32,000 nt of DNA from Ignicoccus hospitalis KIN4/I (lineage in GTDB: Archaea > Thermoproteota > Thermoprotei_A > Sulfolobales > Ignicoccaceae), in contig NC_009776.1 of assembly GCF_000017945.1 (NCBI RefSeq), positions 870,001 to 902,000 of the forward strand, in the 5' to 3' direction. The position numbers were made by a program, and so were the translations under genes. Within the stretch, counting starts at the first letter, position 1; each line of letters opens with the position of its first letter. The notes beneath the pieces were generated by a model. That model did no database searches. It was not told the origin of the DNA and saw nothing but the letters and a program-made list of their open reading frames with translations. Below are positions 18,133-27,140 of the stretch, piece after piece.

Positions 18133-18461
18133 AACACTACCCCGTTGGGGGTATAGTTGGAGGTCTGCAGCTTTTGAAGCGGTGGGAACGCGGGCACCAG
18201 CCTCTTGCCGCACCCGTACTCGGTGCACTTTATGTAGGCCAAGGTCAAGTGGACTCCGGGACACAAGAAGCCGAAGAAGGCCCTCCCCTCCTTCAGCTCG
18301 CTCTCCACTAGCTTGCACCCGTTCCTCTCGAGCTCCGCCACCAGCTCCAGCGCGCCCGCCTCGGCCTTTTCGAGCAAGCCCTTATAGTTGGGTACCACCG
18401 CGTAGAGGAGCTTCCCCTCTACCGCTACGAAGGCCTTAGTATAGTAGTCGTCCAGACCCAA
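18123..18461 (-). CDS. Uncharacterised small protein (112 aa) overlapping the cdvA start
   Basis: MGLDDYYTKAFVAVEGKLLYAVVPNYKGLLEKAEAGALELVAELERNGCKLVESELKEGRAFFGFLCPGVHLTLAYIKCTEYGCGKRL; plausible composition, same strand, 10-bp overlap with cdvA. Confidence 0.65.
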   Translation of the reverse strand: MGLDDYYTKAFVAVEGKLLYAVVPNYKGLLEKAEAGALELVAELERNGCKLVESELKEGRAFFGFLCPGVHLTLAYIKCTEYGCGKRLVPAFPPLQKLQTSNYTPNGVVLWR

Positions 18462-18493
18462 ACTTTCTCCCTATCTGGACGGACCCTCTTAGT

Positions 18494-19426
18494 CTAAAAG
18501 GGAAACGCATACGAGTCCAAACCCAGTACAGCGGCTCTGAACTCCCCGGGGGCGAGCACTACCTTCTCCCGCACGTCGCCGAAGTCGTCCAAGGCCAGCC
18601 GGGGACAAGAGAGTGTGACCACCACTTCCTCCGGCAAGTTCAGTACGAACTCCCTCGTAAGGATTAGGGACTTATACACCCTTACCCTCATTCCCGCCTT
18701 CTCCGCCATCTCTTTCAGCGCCCTTACGAGCCCGGGCCTCGCTTGGCCCTCGTGGCCGTCCACTAGCGCGACAGTTTTGGTGTTCGAAGCCTCCTTCACC
18801 AGCCACATTCTCCTCGCCAAGGCCTTAGTCGGGTCCAACCTCTCGACCCGCGACGAGTAGGGGTCGAAGGCCAGCACGTCGCGCTTCAAGTACAGCGCCG
18901 CGCCCAAGGCGTGGAACCTCCCGCCGGCGACTATTAGGTAATCGTCGTACCCCCTCCTCAAGTTCCTGTAGTCGCAGCCGAGCACTTGCCCCTCCTTAAG
19001 TCCCTTGGACGTGAAGGTGAGGGGCTCGAACCCCCACCCCCTTAGGCGCTCCTTTAGCTCGTCCAACAAGTTCAAGTGTTGGACGACGGCTCCCAATACC
19101 ACTCTCTTACCCTTCAGTTTGTCTTTGACGACTTCTACGTCGGTCTCGACTTCGACAGGCACCTCCAAGTACAAGGTGGGCTTCTTTGGGGTCCACCAAG
19201 GGTAGGGGTTGTGGCCTAAGTGTATTATAGCGTCGCCCTCGAGGAACTCGTACGCGAGGCAGCCGCCGAAGACGGGCATTGCAGATATCTCGCACTCGAC
19301 GCTCACCAGCTCACAAACTCTCTTCGCGGGCTTGAAGAGGCCGGGAGGGGCCTCGACTAGGACCTTGGAGGGCTTGACCTCCTTTATAAAAGCCTTTACC
19401 TTTTCCTCATCTAGGACGTACCTCAA
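18494..19426 (-). CDS. dph2: Diphthamide biosynthesis protein Dph2 (archaeal 2-(3-amino-3-carboxypropyl)histidine synthase)
   Basis: VLVEAPPGLFKPAKRVCELV, GGCLAYEFLEGDAIIHLGHNPYPW, GCDYRN, VDGHEGQARPGLVRAL, SCPRLALDDFG; Cys residues at expected positions for the Fe-S cluster. Confidence 0.9.
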   Translation of the reverse strand: MRYVLDEEKVKAFIKEVKPSKVLVEAPPGLFKPAKRVCELVSVECEISAMPVFGGCLAYEFLEGDAIIHLGHNPYPWWTPKKPTLYLEVPVEVETDVEVVKDKLKGKRVVLGAVVQHLNLLDELKERLRGWGFEPLTFTSKGLKEGQVLGCDYRNLRRGYDDYLIVAGGRFHALGAALYLKRDVLAFDPYSSRVERLDPTKALARRMWLVKEASNTKTVALVDGHEGQARPGLVRALKEMAEKAGMRVRVYKSLILTREFVLNLPEEVVVTLSCPRLALDDFGDVREKVVLAPGEFRAAVLGLDSYAFPF

Positions 19427-19432
19427 GGGAGC

Positions 19433-19954
19433 TCACTTCTTGAGTTCTACCACTTCTATCCTACAAGGCATCGGCATCTTGGAAGCGGCTATCTTCAAGG
19501 CTTCCTTAACCTTATCGACGTACTGCTTCTTGGTCCTCACGACGAGGATGTCCATCCCCGGGTAGATTCTCGCAGCCAGTCCGGCGGGCTTGCCGAAGGC
19601 GTGCCTCATACCCTCTTGCAGCCTGTCGGCGCCGGCGAAGGCCATGAACTTGTGCTCCCTGAGCACGTGGTGGGGATACCTCTTTATTATGAACACGTAG
19701 TTGCTCTCCCCTATGTCGCTGGACAAGTTCTTGTGTACCATTACCCTCGCGGCTTCCAAGGCGTTGTGCCTCACTTGGGCTCTCTCCAAGGCGACCAGCC
19801 TCACTTCCACGTCCGCGTCTACGTGGGGGTTGCCCATTACCCACTTGACTACCTTTGGTTGGGGGATTCCGTGTATGTATTCGTGCCTAGTGTAGGGAGG
19901 GCCGCTAAACCCCTTCGCGTGCCTCTTGGTGAAACAGCGCGCGGGCTTGGCCAC
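19433..19954 (-). CDS. rpl10e: 50S ribosomal protein L10e (L16/L10e family)
   Basis: MAKPARCFTKRHAKGFSGPPYTRHEYIHGIPQPKVVKWVMGN...LREHKFMAFAGADRLQEGMRHAFGKPAG. Confidence 0.97.
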   Translation of the reverse strand: MAKPARCFTKRHAKGFSGPPYTRHEYIHGIPQPKVVKWVMGNPHVDADVEVRLVALERAQVRHNALEAARVMVHKNLSSDIGESNYVFIIKRYPHHVLREHKFMAFAGADRLQEGMRHAFGKPAGLAARIYPGMDILVVRTKKQYVDKVKEALKIAASKMPMPCRIEVVELKK

Positions 19955-20051
19955 CGCTCGGACCCTCGGGCCCTTAGCCGACGGGAATAAAAATCTGCTC
20001 CAGCGTCCAAACCTTTAAAGAGCTTCACAACACACCATAAGGGTCCAAGGA

Positions 20052-20648
20052 ATGCGCTGGGACCTCATGAAGGCGAGGGCGCTGGAGCGCCTTAGGAGCG
20101 AGGCGGCGCTGGGGATGGTCGACGGTGAGCTGTTGGAGTTGTTAAACTTGATCAACTCCCATCAAGGGCTCTTCACCACCAGCAGCTGCTCCGGCAGGAT
20201 AACCGTGGCTTGTAGCGACATCTCCCCGGACGACAAGAGGTCCACGCGTATAATCTATAAAACTCACCGCACTACCTCCGTACCAGCAATAGAGAACGCC
20301 CTTCGAGAGGCTAAATGCAAGCACTTGTGGGCGAAGTCCTCACATCCCCTCCTAGACTTGTTCGCGAAGGAGTTAGACTTGGCTTGGGACATAGTTGACT
20401 TGGCCAAGAAGGCTGGGTTCAAGTACTCCGGGGTGCAGAGGTCCGGTTCGTATTACCGCGTGATCATAAGGAGTAACGAAAACATACAGTTCCCGCTGAA
20501 CGGGGACGACGACTCCAAAAAGCTTGCGAAGGTGGTTTCTGAGCTCAATAAGTTCTTATTGGAAGGCAAGGTTAGGCTCGCGAGGCTGCTCAGCCTCTTA
20601 GACGAGGACGGCCTCTTGGACGACTATTTGGAGAACTTCTTGATCTGA
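20052..20648 (+). CDS. taw3: Taw3-family tRNA(Phe) wybutosine-synthesis methyltransferase
   Basis: LMKARALERL...VDGELLELLNLINSHQGLFTTSSCSGRITV, with the characteristic TSSCSGR motif. Confidence 0.88.
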   Translation: MRWDLMKARALERLRSEAALGMVDGELLELLNLINSHQGLFTTSSCSGRITVACSDISPDDKRSTRIIYKTHRTTSVPAIENALREAKCKHLWAKSSHPLLDLFAKELDLAWDIVDLAKKAGFKYSGVQRSGSYYRVIIRSNENIQFPLNGDDDSKKLAKVVSELNKFLLEGKVRLARLLSLLDEDGLLDDYLENFLI

Positions 20649-20768
20649 GGGGTCGGGCGGTTCGCTACCGCTCACCGCTCGCTCTGGGACGGCGTCCTCA
20701 CACCCCGCGCCTCCTGGGAGGAGAAAGCTGAAGAGTTAGGAGTGTCTCCCTCTAACGGAGGTCAGCCC

Positions 20769-21827
20769 TTGAGCGTTAAGGTCGCAGTCAACGGCTTCGG
20801 TACTATAGGCAAGAGGGTAGCTGAGGCCGTACTAAAACAAGACGACATGACCCTCGTGGGGGTCACGAAGACCAAGCCGGATTACTTGGCAATGATAGCC
20901 TCCCGCATGGGCTCGCTCTATGTGCCCGAAGACAGGGTAGAGAAGTTCCAGAAGGCTGGAATAGAGGTACAAGGAACCTTGAAGGACTTGCTCGAGAAGG
21001 TCGACCTCGTCGTCGACGCCACCCCAGGGGGCGTGGGTAAGGAGTACAAGCCCCTCTACGAGAAGTTCGGAGTGAAAGCCATATTCCAAGGCGGTGAGAA
21101 ACACGAGGTCGCGGGCTTCTCGTTCTCGACGCTGTGCAACTACGAGGAGGCGGAGGGGAAGCAGTTCGCCAGGGTGGTGTCTTGTAACACCACCGGCCTG
21201 TTGAGGCTCATATGCGCGTTAAGAAACCACTTCAAAGTGAAGAGCGTCAGGGCGACCATAATTAGGAGGGGGGCCGATCCGGCGGAGACTAAGAAGGGAC
21301 CCATAAACGCCATAGTCCCCAACCCGGTTACCTTGCCCAGCCACCACGGCGTGGACGTCAGAACGGTCTTGCCGGACTTGGACGTCCAGACGGTCGCCGC
21401 GGTGGTGCCGACTACGATAATGCACTCGCACGTACTGAACGTGAGGTTCGAGGAGCCCGTGACCAGAGAGGACGTCTTGAAGGTTCTTGAAGAAGCTCCC
21501 AGGATACTGGTAATCCCCTCCGAACTGAGCGGGGTGAAGGACACCGCTAAGATAATCGAACTCGCCAGGGACGTCGGGAGGAAGAGGTACGACTTATACG
21601 AGCTGGCGATATACGAGGAGAGCGTGAGCGTGGAGGGCGACGAGCTGTTCCTCATGCAAGCCGTCCACCAAGAAAGCATAGTCACCCCGGAGAACGTAGA
21701 TGCAATTAGGGCCCTCACGGGCTTGGTCAGCAAGGAAGAGAGCCTGAAGAAGACCGACTCCACCTTAGGTATAGTCAGATCCTTCTCGGAGCTGATAGAA
21801 CGTGCGGCTTCCAACTACGGTAAGTAA
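20769..21827 (+). CDS. gap: Glyceraldehyde-3-phosphate dehydrogenase, type II archaeal
   Basis: TTG start giving MSVKVAVNGFGTIGKRVAEAVLKQDDMTLVGVTKTKPDY; catalytic SCNTTGL; RRGADPAETKKGPINAIVPNP. Confidence 0.96.
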   Translation: MSVKVAVNGFGTIGKRVAEAVLKQDDMTLVGVTKTKPDYLAMIASRMGSLYVPEDRVEKFQKAGIEVQGTLKDLLEKVDLVVDATPGGVGKEYKPLYEKFGVKAIFQGGEKHEVAGFSFSTLCNYEEAEGKQFARVVSCNTTGLLRLICALRNHFKVKSVRATIIRRGADPAETKKGPINAIVPNPVTLPSHHGVDVRTVLPDLDVQTVAAVVPTTIMHSHVLNVRFEEPVTREDVLKVLEEAPRILVIPSELSGVKDTAKIIELARDVGRKRYDLYELAIYEESVSVEGDELFLMQAVHQESIVTPENVDAIRALTGLVSKEESLKKTDSTLGIVRSFSELIERAASNYGK

Positions 21828-21864
21828 TTTTTACCCGAGTTAGGCATTCCTAACGGGGTCTCGG

Positions 21865-23880
21865 ATGTGCTACTCCATAGCCGTGGTGGGCCAGCCTAAC
21901 GTCGGTAAGTCTACTTTCATAAACGTCTTGATAGGTAAGTACGTAAGCGAGGTGGCGAACTGGCCCGGAGTTACGGTCGATATCAAAATAATAAAGATAG
22001 AGTACGACGGGAAGGAAGTCTGCATATACGACTTCCCCGGGATGTACTCCCTCAACCCCACCAGCGAGGAGGAGAGGATCGCAGCTGAGCGGTTCGTCAC
22101 GGAGGACTTCGACAATCACATAGCCATAGCTGACTCCACGTCTTTGAAGAGGACCTTGTACTTGGTGGTCCAATCCCTCGAACTCAAGGGGAAGGGAGTA
22201 GTGGCCCTCAGCAAGACCGACGCTGCCCTAAAGGCGGGGATTCACATAAACGTCGGGTTACTCGAAAAGAAGCTCGGCTTCCCCGTGATCCCCTTCAGTT
22301 CTTACACTCTAGAAGGGGTGGAGGAGGTCCTCGAAAAGGCCTTAGAAAGACAAAAGGAGAGGGAGCTTTACATAAACTACGGAGATTTAGAGTACTACGT
22401 AGTTAGGATATCAGAGTTACTGAGAGGTAAGGTGAAGGGCAACCCTAGGTGGTACGCGGCCGAGGCCTTGGCGGACAACCCCGTCGCTTGGAAGGTGATA
22501 GAAAGTGTGGGCTTGGGCGAGGAGGTTAGGAAGCTCGTAGAAGGAGCTAAGAAGGAGTTAGGAACGGACTTAGGCAAGATAATAGTTGAACAGAGGTGGA
22601 AGTTCATCGAGGAACTCGTGGAGGGTGTCATACAAGTGGAGAAGGTAGTAAAGGAGGCTTGGTGGGCCAAGGCCTTGGACGCGGCCCTCCTAAACCCCAT
22701 CCTAGGCCCGCTGGCGGCCTTCCTAATACTGTTCGCAGTACTCTTCGTCTCGTTCTCACTAAACACCGGGTTCCCCGCGAACGTGGTCTTCAGCTCCTTG
22801 GGCCTCGACTCCTTGGCCGAGGCCGCGGAGAGCTACAACACGTCCGAGATCTTGGGATCATTCTTCGACAGCTTGGCCGAGGCCGCTAGGAACGCCTTGC
22901 CGGACCCGTGGGGGAGCTTGGTGGGCGACGGCATCATAGCCGGAGTCGGGGCCGTGTTATCGTTCTTCCCACTTATATTTACAGTCTACTTCTTGTTAGC
23001 GGTCTTAGAGGACTCCGGGGTAGCTCCGAGGATAGCGGTGGCCCTCGACCCCCTCTTCCGTGTGGTGGGCTTAACGGGGAAGGCGATATTCCCGATGATA
23101 ATAAGCATGGGCTGTAACGTGCCCGGAGTACTGTCGTCAAGGGTGATGGAATCTGCGGCCTTGAGGAAAGCGGTGGCAATGAACGTGATGTACGTGCCGT
23201 GCCAAGCCCGGCTAGTGGTGTTCCTAGCGCTAGCTTCGTTGCTGCCCCCGTGGTCCAGGGCGCTCTCGGTGCTAGCGGTCTACGCGTACTCGCTCCTAGT
23301 GTTCATAGTTACGACCTACATATCTGCCAAACTAATATTCAAAGTCAAGGAAAAGGCCGAGCTCGTCATGGAGCTCCCCCCGTATCACGTGCCGAAGTTG
23401 AGGATACTGCTGTGGATGACTTGGGACCAAGCTAAGCACTTCTTGAAGAAGGCCGGTACGATAATATTCGTGTTCAGCGTCATTCTGTGGTTCGTCTTAG
23501 AGAGCTCGGTCTCCCAAGCGATAGGCAAGGCCTTCGAGCCCTTGAGCGAGTGGGCTCTGGGTCTTAAGGGAGAAGCGGCCGAAGTGATAAACGTGGCTAT
23601 GTTAGCTGGCACGGTTGCAAAGGAGGTAGTGCTCGACGTCATAGCCATAAGCAGCGGGACGAGCAACATAAAGGAGGCGGCGGCCGCGCTGGGCATAACC
23701 CCGGTCCAAGCCCTAGCGCTGATGTTCGCCGTGGCGGTGTACGTGCCTTGCATAGCCACTATAGCGGTCATGAAGGAAGAGCTGGAGAGCTGGAGGCTAG
23801 TCGCGCTCTCTGTCGGAGTCTCGATAATAATTTCAATCCTAACTGCCAAGATCATAACGGTGATATTTGGGTTATTTTAG
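21865..23880 (+). CDS. feoB: Ferrous iron transport protein B
   Basis: N-terminal G domain VVGQPNVGKSTFINVLIG, DFPGMYSL; membrane domain GLTGKAIFPMIISMGCNVPGVLSSR and LFAVAVYVPCIATIAVMKEE gate motifs. Confidence 0.96.
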   Translation: MCYSIAVVGQPNVGKSTFINVLIGKYVSEVANWPGVTVDIKIIKIEYDGKEVCIYDFPGMYSLNPTSEEERIAAERFVTEDFDNHIAIADSTSLKRTLYLVVQSLELKGKGVVALSKTDAALKAGIHINVGLLEKKLGFPVIPFSSYTLEGVEEVLEKALERQKERELYINYGDLEYYVVRISELLRGKVKGNPRWYAAEALADNPVAWKVIESVGLGEEVRKLVEGAKKELGTDLGKIIVEQRWKFIEELVEGVIQVEKVVKEAWWAKALDAALLNPILGPLAAFLILFAVLFVSFSLNTGFPANVVFSSLGLDSLAEAAESYNTSEILGSFFDSLAEAARNALPDPWGSLVGDGIIAGVGAVLSFFPLIFTVYFLLAVLEDSGVAPRIAVALDPLFRVVGLTGKAIFPMIISMGCNVPGVLSSRVMESAALRKAVAMNVMYVPCQARLVVFLALASLLPPWSRALSVLAVYAYSLLVFIVTTYISAKLIFKVKEKAELVMELPPYHVPKLRILLWMTWDQAKHFLKKAGTIIFVFSVILWFVLESSVSQAIGKAFEPLSEWALGLKGEAAEVINVAMLAGTVAKEVVLDVIAISSGTSNIKEAAAALGITPVQALALMFAVAVYVPCIATIAVMKEELESWRLVALSVGVSIIISILTAKIITVIFGLF

Positions 23881-23943
23881 GAAGCTACTGGCACCTCCCT
23901 AGCATAGGTTCCGAAGGGGCCTATTGGATAGCGGGGAGCGCTC

Positions 23944-24135
23944 GTGAGCCTGAGCGACGAGAAGGCGATTTTCGAGATAATGAGCTCCTTCCTAGAAAGG
24001 GTCGAAGGGTGGAAGGACACCATTATGACCGCCGCCCGCGTGTTTGAGGTGCCCGACCACGAGGTGATGATCGTAATAAAGAGGCTGGAGAGGTTGGAGG
24101 AAGAGCTCTTGCACTATCAGATCTTCGGGTTCTGA
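23944..24135 (+). CDS. Small uncharacterised helical protein (63 aa)
   Basis: MSLSDEKAIFEIMSSFLERVEGWKDTIMTAARVFEVPDHEVMIVIKRLERLEEELLHYQIFGF; plausible composition, same strand as feoB. Confidence 0.5.
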   Translation: MSLSDEKAIFEIMSSFLERVEGWKDTIMTAARVFEVPDHEVMIVIKRLERLEEELLHYQIFGF

Positions 24136-24326
24136 AGCACGAACAGCTCCTTTTCGCACTCGTAGCAAGGCTCCTTTTTGATTATTCCTTTCCTCACGGC
24201 CTCAGCTATCAAAGTCCTCGCCCTCGCCGCCCCGAGTTTCGGGGCTAGTTTCTCCAACAGCTCTGCGGAGGAGGCCTTGCCTCCGAGCTCCTCTAGCGCC
24301 TTCACGACTTCTTCTACCCCTTCCAA
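24117..24326 (-). CDS. Small winged-helix-like protein (69 aa) with CxxC near its C-terminus
   Basis: EGVEEVVKALEELGGKASSAELLEKLAPKLGAARARTLIAEAVRKGIIKKEPCYECEKELFVL. Confidence 0.55.
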   Translation of the reverse strand: MEGVEEVVKALEELGGKASSAELLEKLAPKLGAARARTLIAEAVRKGIIKKEPCYECEKELFVLQNPKI

Positions 24327-24395
24327 AGGGCCCTCCAGCGACGCTCTCGAAAAAGGTAATATTATAATAGGGGGGTCAGAGCCGAACTACCGACG

Positions 24396-26083
24396 ATGAA
24401 CAATGAGGGGTTGATGCTACTCCTCATAGCGGCCGTAGCACTGGCCAGCGCCTACCAAGTCCTCGGAGGGGAAGGTATACTGAAAGAGAAGAGTATAGTG
24501 GTGTGCGGGAAGGAGCTGAAAATAGCTCCTAACAACAAACTACCTAGCGTCGTGAAGGCCCTACGCGTTCAAAGCGGCTGCCGACCGAAGGTTATTCACG
24601 TTTACAAGCTGAACGTAATAATACCTAATAGGACCGAGATACAAGAAGCGCTGCCCTACACGACCTCCGCCCCGGCGGCGAGGCCGGGTGGCAGCTGGAC
24701 GAGTACCACATGAACGTCACCGGAGCCTTCGGGACGACTTCTAAAGAGGCTGTCGGCGTAGTGGTGATAGACACCGGGATATCTAGGAACCTCCCCGACC
24801 CCATGAGGAGCGCTATAGACTACGAGGACGGCGTCGCGTTGACCAGCTTCGTAGACGACCTGGCTTCTCTAGGGGTTTGTAATGACACCGGCACTTACAC
24901 GTTCAGCAACCTCACTCTTGTGGAGTACTTATGGCCACCCTTTAACTACACCTTGCCCACGGACGTATCGTTTAGGTACTGTTTGGTTGCCGATAGAGAT
25001 GAAAACTCGACACTAGTAATACTCCAAGCTGAGGAGCTGAGCGACCAAGTCGGCCACGGGACTTTCGTTGCCTCCCAGATAGTCGGTGACTTCGACGGCG
25101 TTACGAAGTACGTGTACTCGTCGCCCTACTCTAATATTATAGAACGCGCAGAATACGTCGACAAGGTCGTTACCGGAGTCGCCGCTCCGTCGACCGGCGC
25201 AAGGGTTTACGTAATACCGATAAAGGCCGACTTTCTCATCCTATACTCGTGGGACAACGCCTACTCCACCCTAAAGGAGTTCTTGGGCAACGTTAGCGTC
25301 GAGGTGTCGGACGGCGTCTACTACTTAAAGAACACAGTTATTGACGGAGGATACTTCGACGATTACTCCCTAGGCAACGCAACAATAGTAGCGTCAAAGC
25401 TCGCTCGGGAAGGCAAAGCTAAGGTGGTCAACTTCAGCTTGGGCTGGTGGACGGATTACACCGGCCTCGACATAAGCTGCCGCGCTGTGATCTCCCCCCT
25501 CTTGGAGAGCGGCCTCACCGTAGTGGCCGCGGCGGGCAACAACGGTATAGACATAGAACTCTTTAACCAAGCCTATGACCTCTACCTGTTCCCCGCCCAA
25601 TGTGACGGCGTGATTGCGGTAAGCGCCTTCGGGCCGGCGAACGACTTAGCGTGGTTCTCCAACTACGACCCTGCGACCTTCGGCGCCCCCGGTCACGTAG
25701 TGCTAGGCCTTTACCCCGGGGATTCTATGTTAGCCATGGCGTCCTTGTGGGAGACGTCCCCGTACGGCGGAGACAGCAACAGCAACTTACTCACTTGGAG
25801 CAGCTGCACGAGCTACTCCTCCCCGGAGGTCGCCGGGGCCATAGCGTACTTGTACTCCTTAGGCCTCACCTTGGACGACATAAAGAACAACGCGAGGGAC
25901 GTGGCCCTCAAGAAGTACTCCGGCTACGGCTTCCCGGCCGTCGGCGACTACTTAAGGCTGTTGAACCAGCATAGCTCATCCGAAGACGAGGAAAGCAGCG
26001 CCGGGACTAACAGGGTGCCGGCCCTCGGAGTGTTGGCCTTGCCGTTCCTAGGCAAGCTGAGGAGGAGGTTCGCTTCCAAATGA
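24396..26083 (+). CDS. Secreted subtilisin-like serine protease, split into two frames (24396-24713 signal/propeptide; catalytic domain in frame of 24710-26083)
   Basis: ORF1 has signal-like MNNEGLMLLLIAAVALASAYQVL. ORF2 frame has GWQLDEYHMNVTGAFG...VGVVVIDTGI (Asp), VGHGTFVAS (His), AAAGNNG (oxyanion Asn region), CTSYSSPEVAG (Ser). Confidence 0.85.
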
Positions 26084-26101
26084 TTTTTTATTAAAACTTA
26101 G

Positions 26102-27076
26102 TTAGTCCTCCGGGTCCCTTATTCCGCAGTCCGTTATCGCGAAGACAGCCTCCGCCTCCGGCAAGTGGGGAGCATCTACAACCCTCGCTATCCTCTTGTT
26201 GCCCCTCGCCTTCTTCAGCTGCACCCTCACGCCCGGGGCGTGGTAGAGTACGTGGCCGCCCACCGCTTGGGTGGGGTCGCCGTAGAACACGTCTGGCCTC
26301 GCCATTACTTGGTTTGTAATTATGACTGCGGTGTTGTAAACTTCCGCCAGCTTGCCCAGCTGGTGTAGGTGCTTATTCAACTTCTGTTGCCTTACCGCCA
26401 AGTTCTCCCGGCCGGGGTACTCCGCCCTGAAGTGGCTGGTCACCGAGTCGACCACTATTAGTTTCACGTTTTCCTTGGGTACCAAGTTGAAGAGCTCCTC
26501 TACGATGGCCATCTGGTGGTCGCTGTTAACTGCCCTGATGTAGTATATGTTGTCCATTACTTGGTCCGGGTCGAGGCCCAAGCACTTGGCCATTTGTTCT
26601 ATCCTCTCCCACCTGAAGGTGCCCTCGGTGTCTACGTAGACGGCCTTCGCGACCTTGTCGCCCTCGCTCAAGCCCCCTTGCTCCAAGGGGAGTTGGACGT
26701 TGACGCTCGCTTGGTGGCAGAGCTGGCTCTTGCCGCTCCCGAACTCGCCGAAGAATTCGGTTATGGTTTTGGTCTCTATACCGCCTCCCAGCAAGTCGTC
26801 CAAGTTCTTAGAGCCGGTGGTTATCTTCCTTAAGTTCATCCTTTCTAGCTTTACCTCTTTTGCCGTCCTGAACCTTATGTCCAGCATCTGCCTCGCGGCT
26901 CTGATGATCTTCTGGGCCGTAGTGAGGGGTATGCCTATCGCTACGAGCTCCTCCGGCGTGGCGACGGCCAGCGCCTCTATGGTGCCGTAGCCGGCGTCTA
27001 TCAGCTTGGCCGCGGTGGAGGGCCCCACGCCGGGGAGCTCCGCCACCGACGTCGGCCTCTTCTCCTCAGTGGCCAC
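26102..27076 (-). CDS. radA: DNA repair/recombination protein RadA (archaeal RecA/Rad51 homologue)
   Basis: GTG start giving [36 protein letters not shown] (HhH), [56 protein letters not shown]. Confidence 0.96.
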   Translation of the reverse strand: MATEEKRPTSVAELPGVGPSTAAKLIDAGYGTIEALAVATPEELVAIGIPLTTAQKIIRAARQMLDIRFRTAKEVKLERMNLRKITTGSKNLDDLLGGGIETKTITEFFGEFGSGKSQLCHQASVNVQLPLEQGGLSEGDKVAKAVYVDTEGTFRWERIEQMAKCLGLDPDQVMDNIYYIRAVNSDHQMAIVEELFNLVPKENVKLIVVDSVTSHFRAEYPGRENLAVRQQKLNKHLHQLGKLAEVYNTAVIITNQVMARPDVFYGDPTQAVGGHVLYHAPGVRVQLKKARGNKRIARVVDAPHLPEAEAVFAITDCGIRDPED

Positions 27077-27140
27077 TTGACCCACCCGTGCCCTATTGGG
27101 GTAAAAAAGAGCTTTATTAGTCAAGAGGGGTCGACGTAAC

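Noticed and set aside
18133-18318. N-terminal extension of the cdvA ORF (MQASGERAEGGEGLLRLLVSRSPLDLG...)
   Set aside because: It overlaps the 112-aa upstream ORF; the PRC-barrel domain starts at MEISFVEQF (18132).
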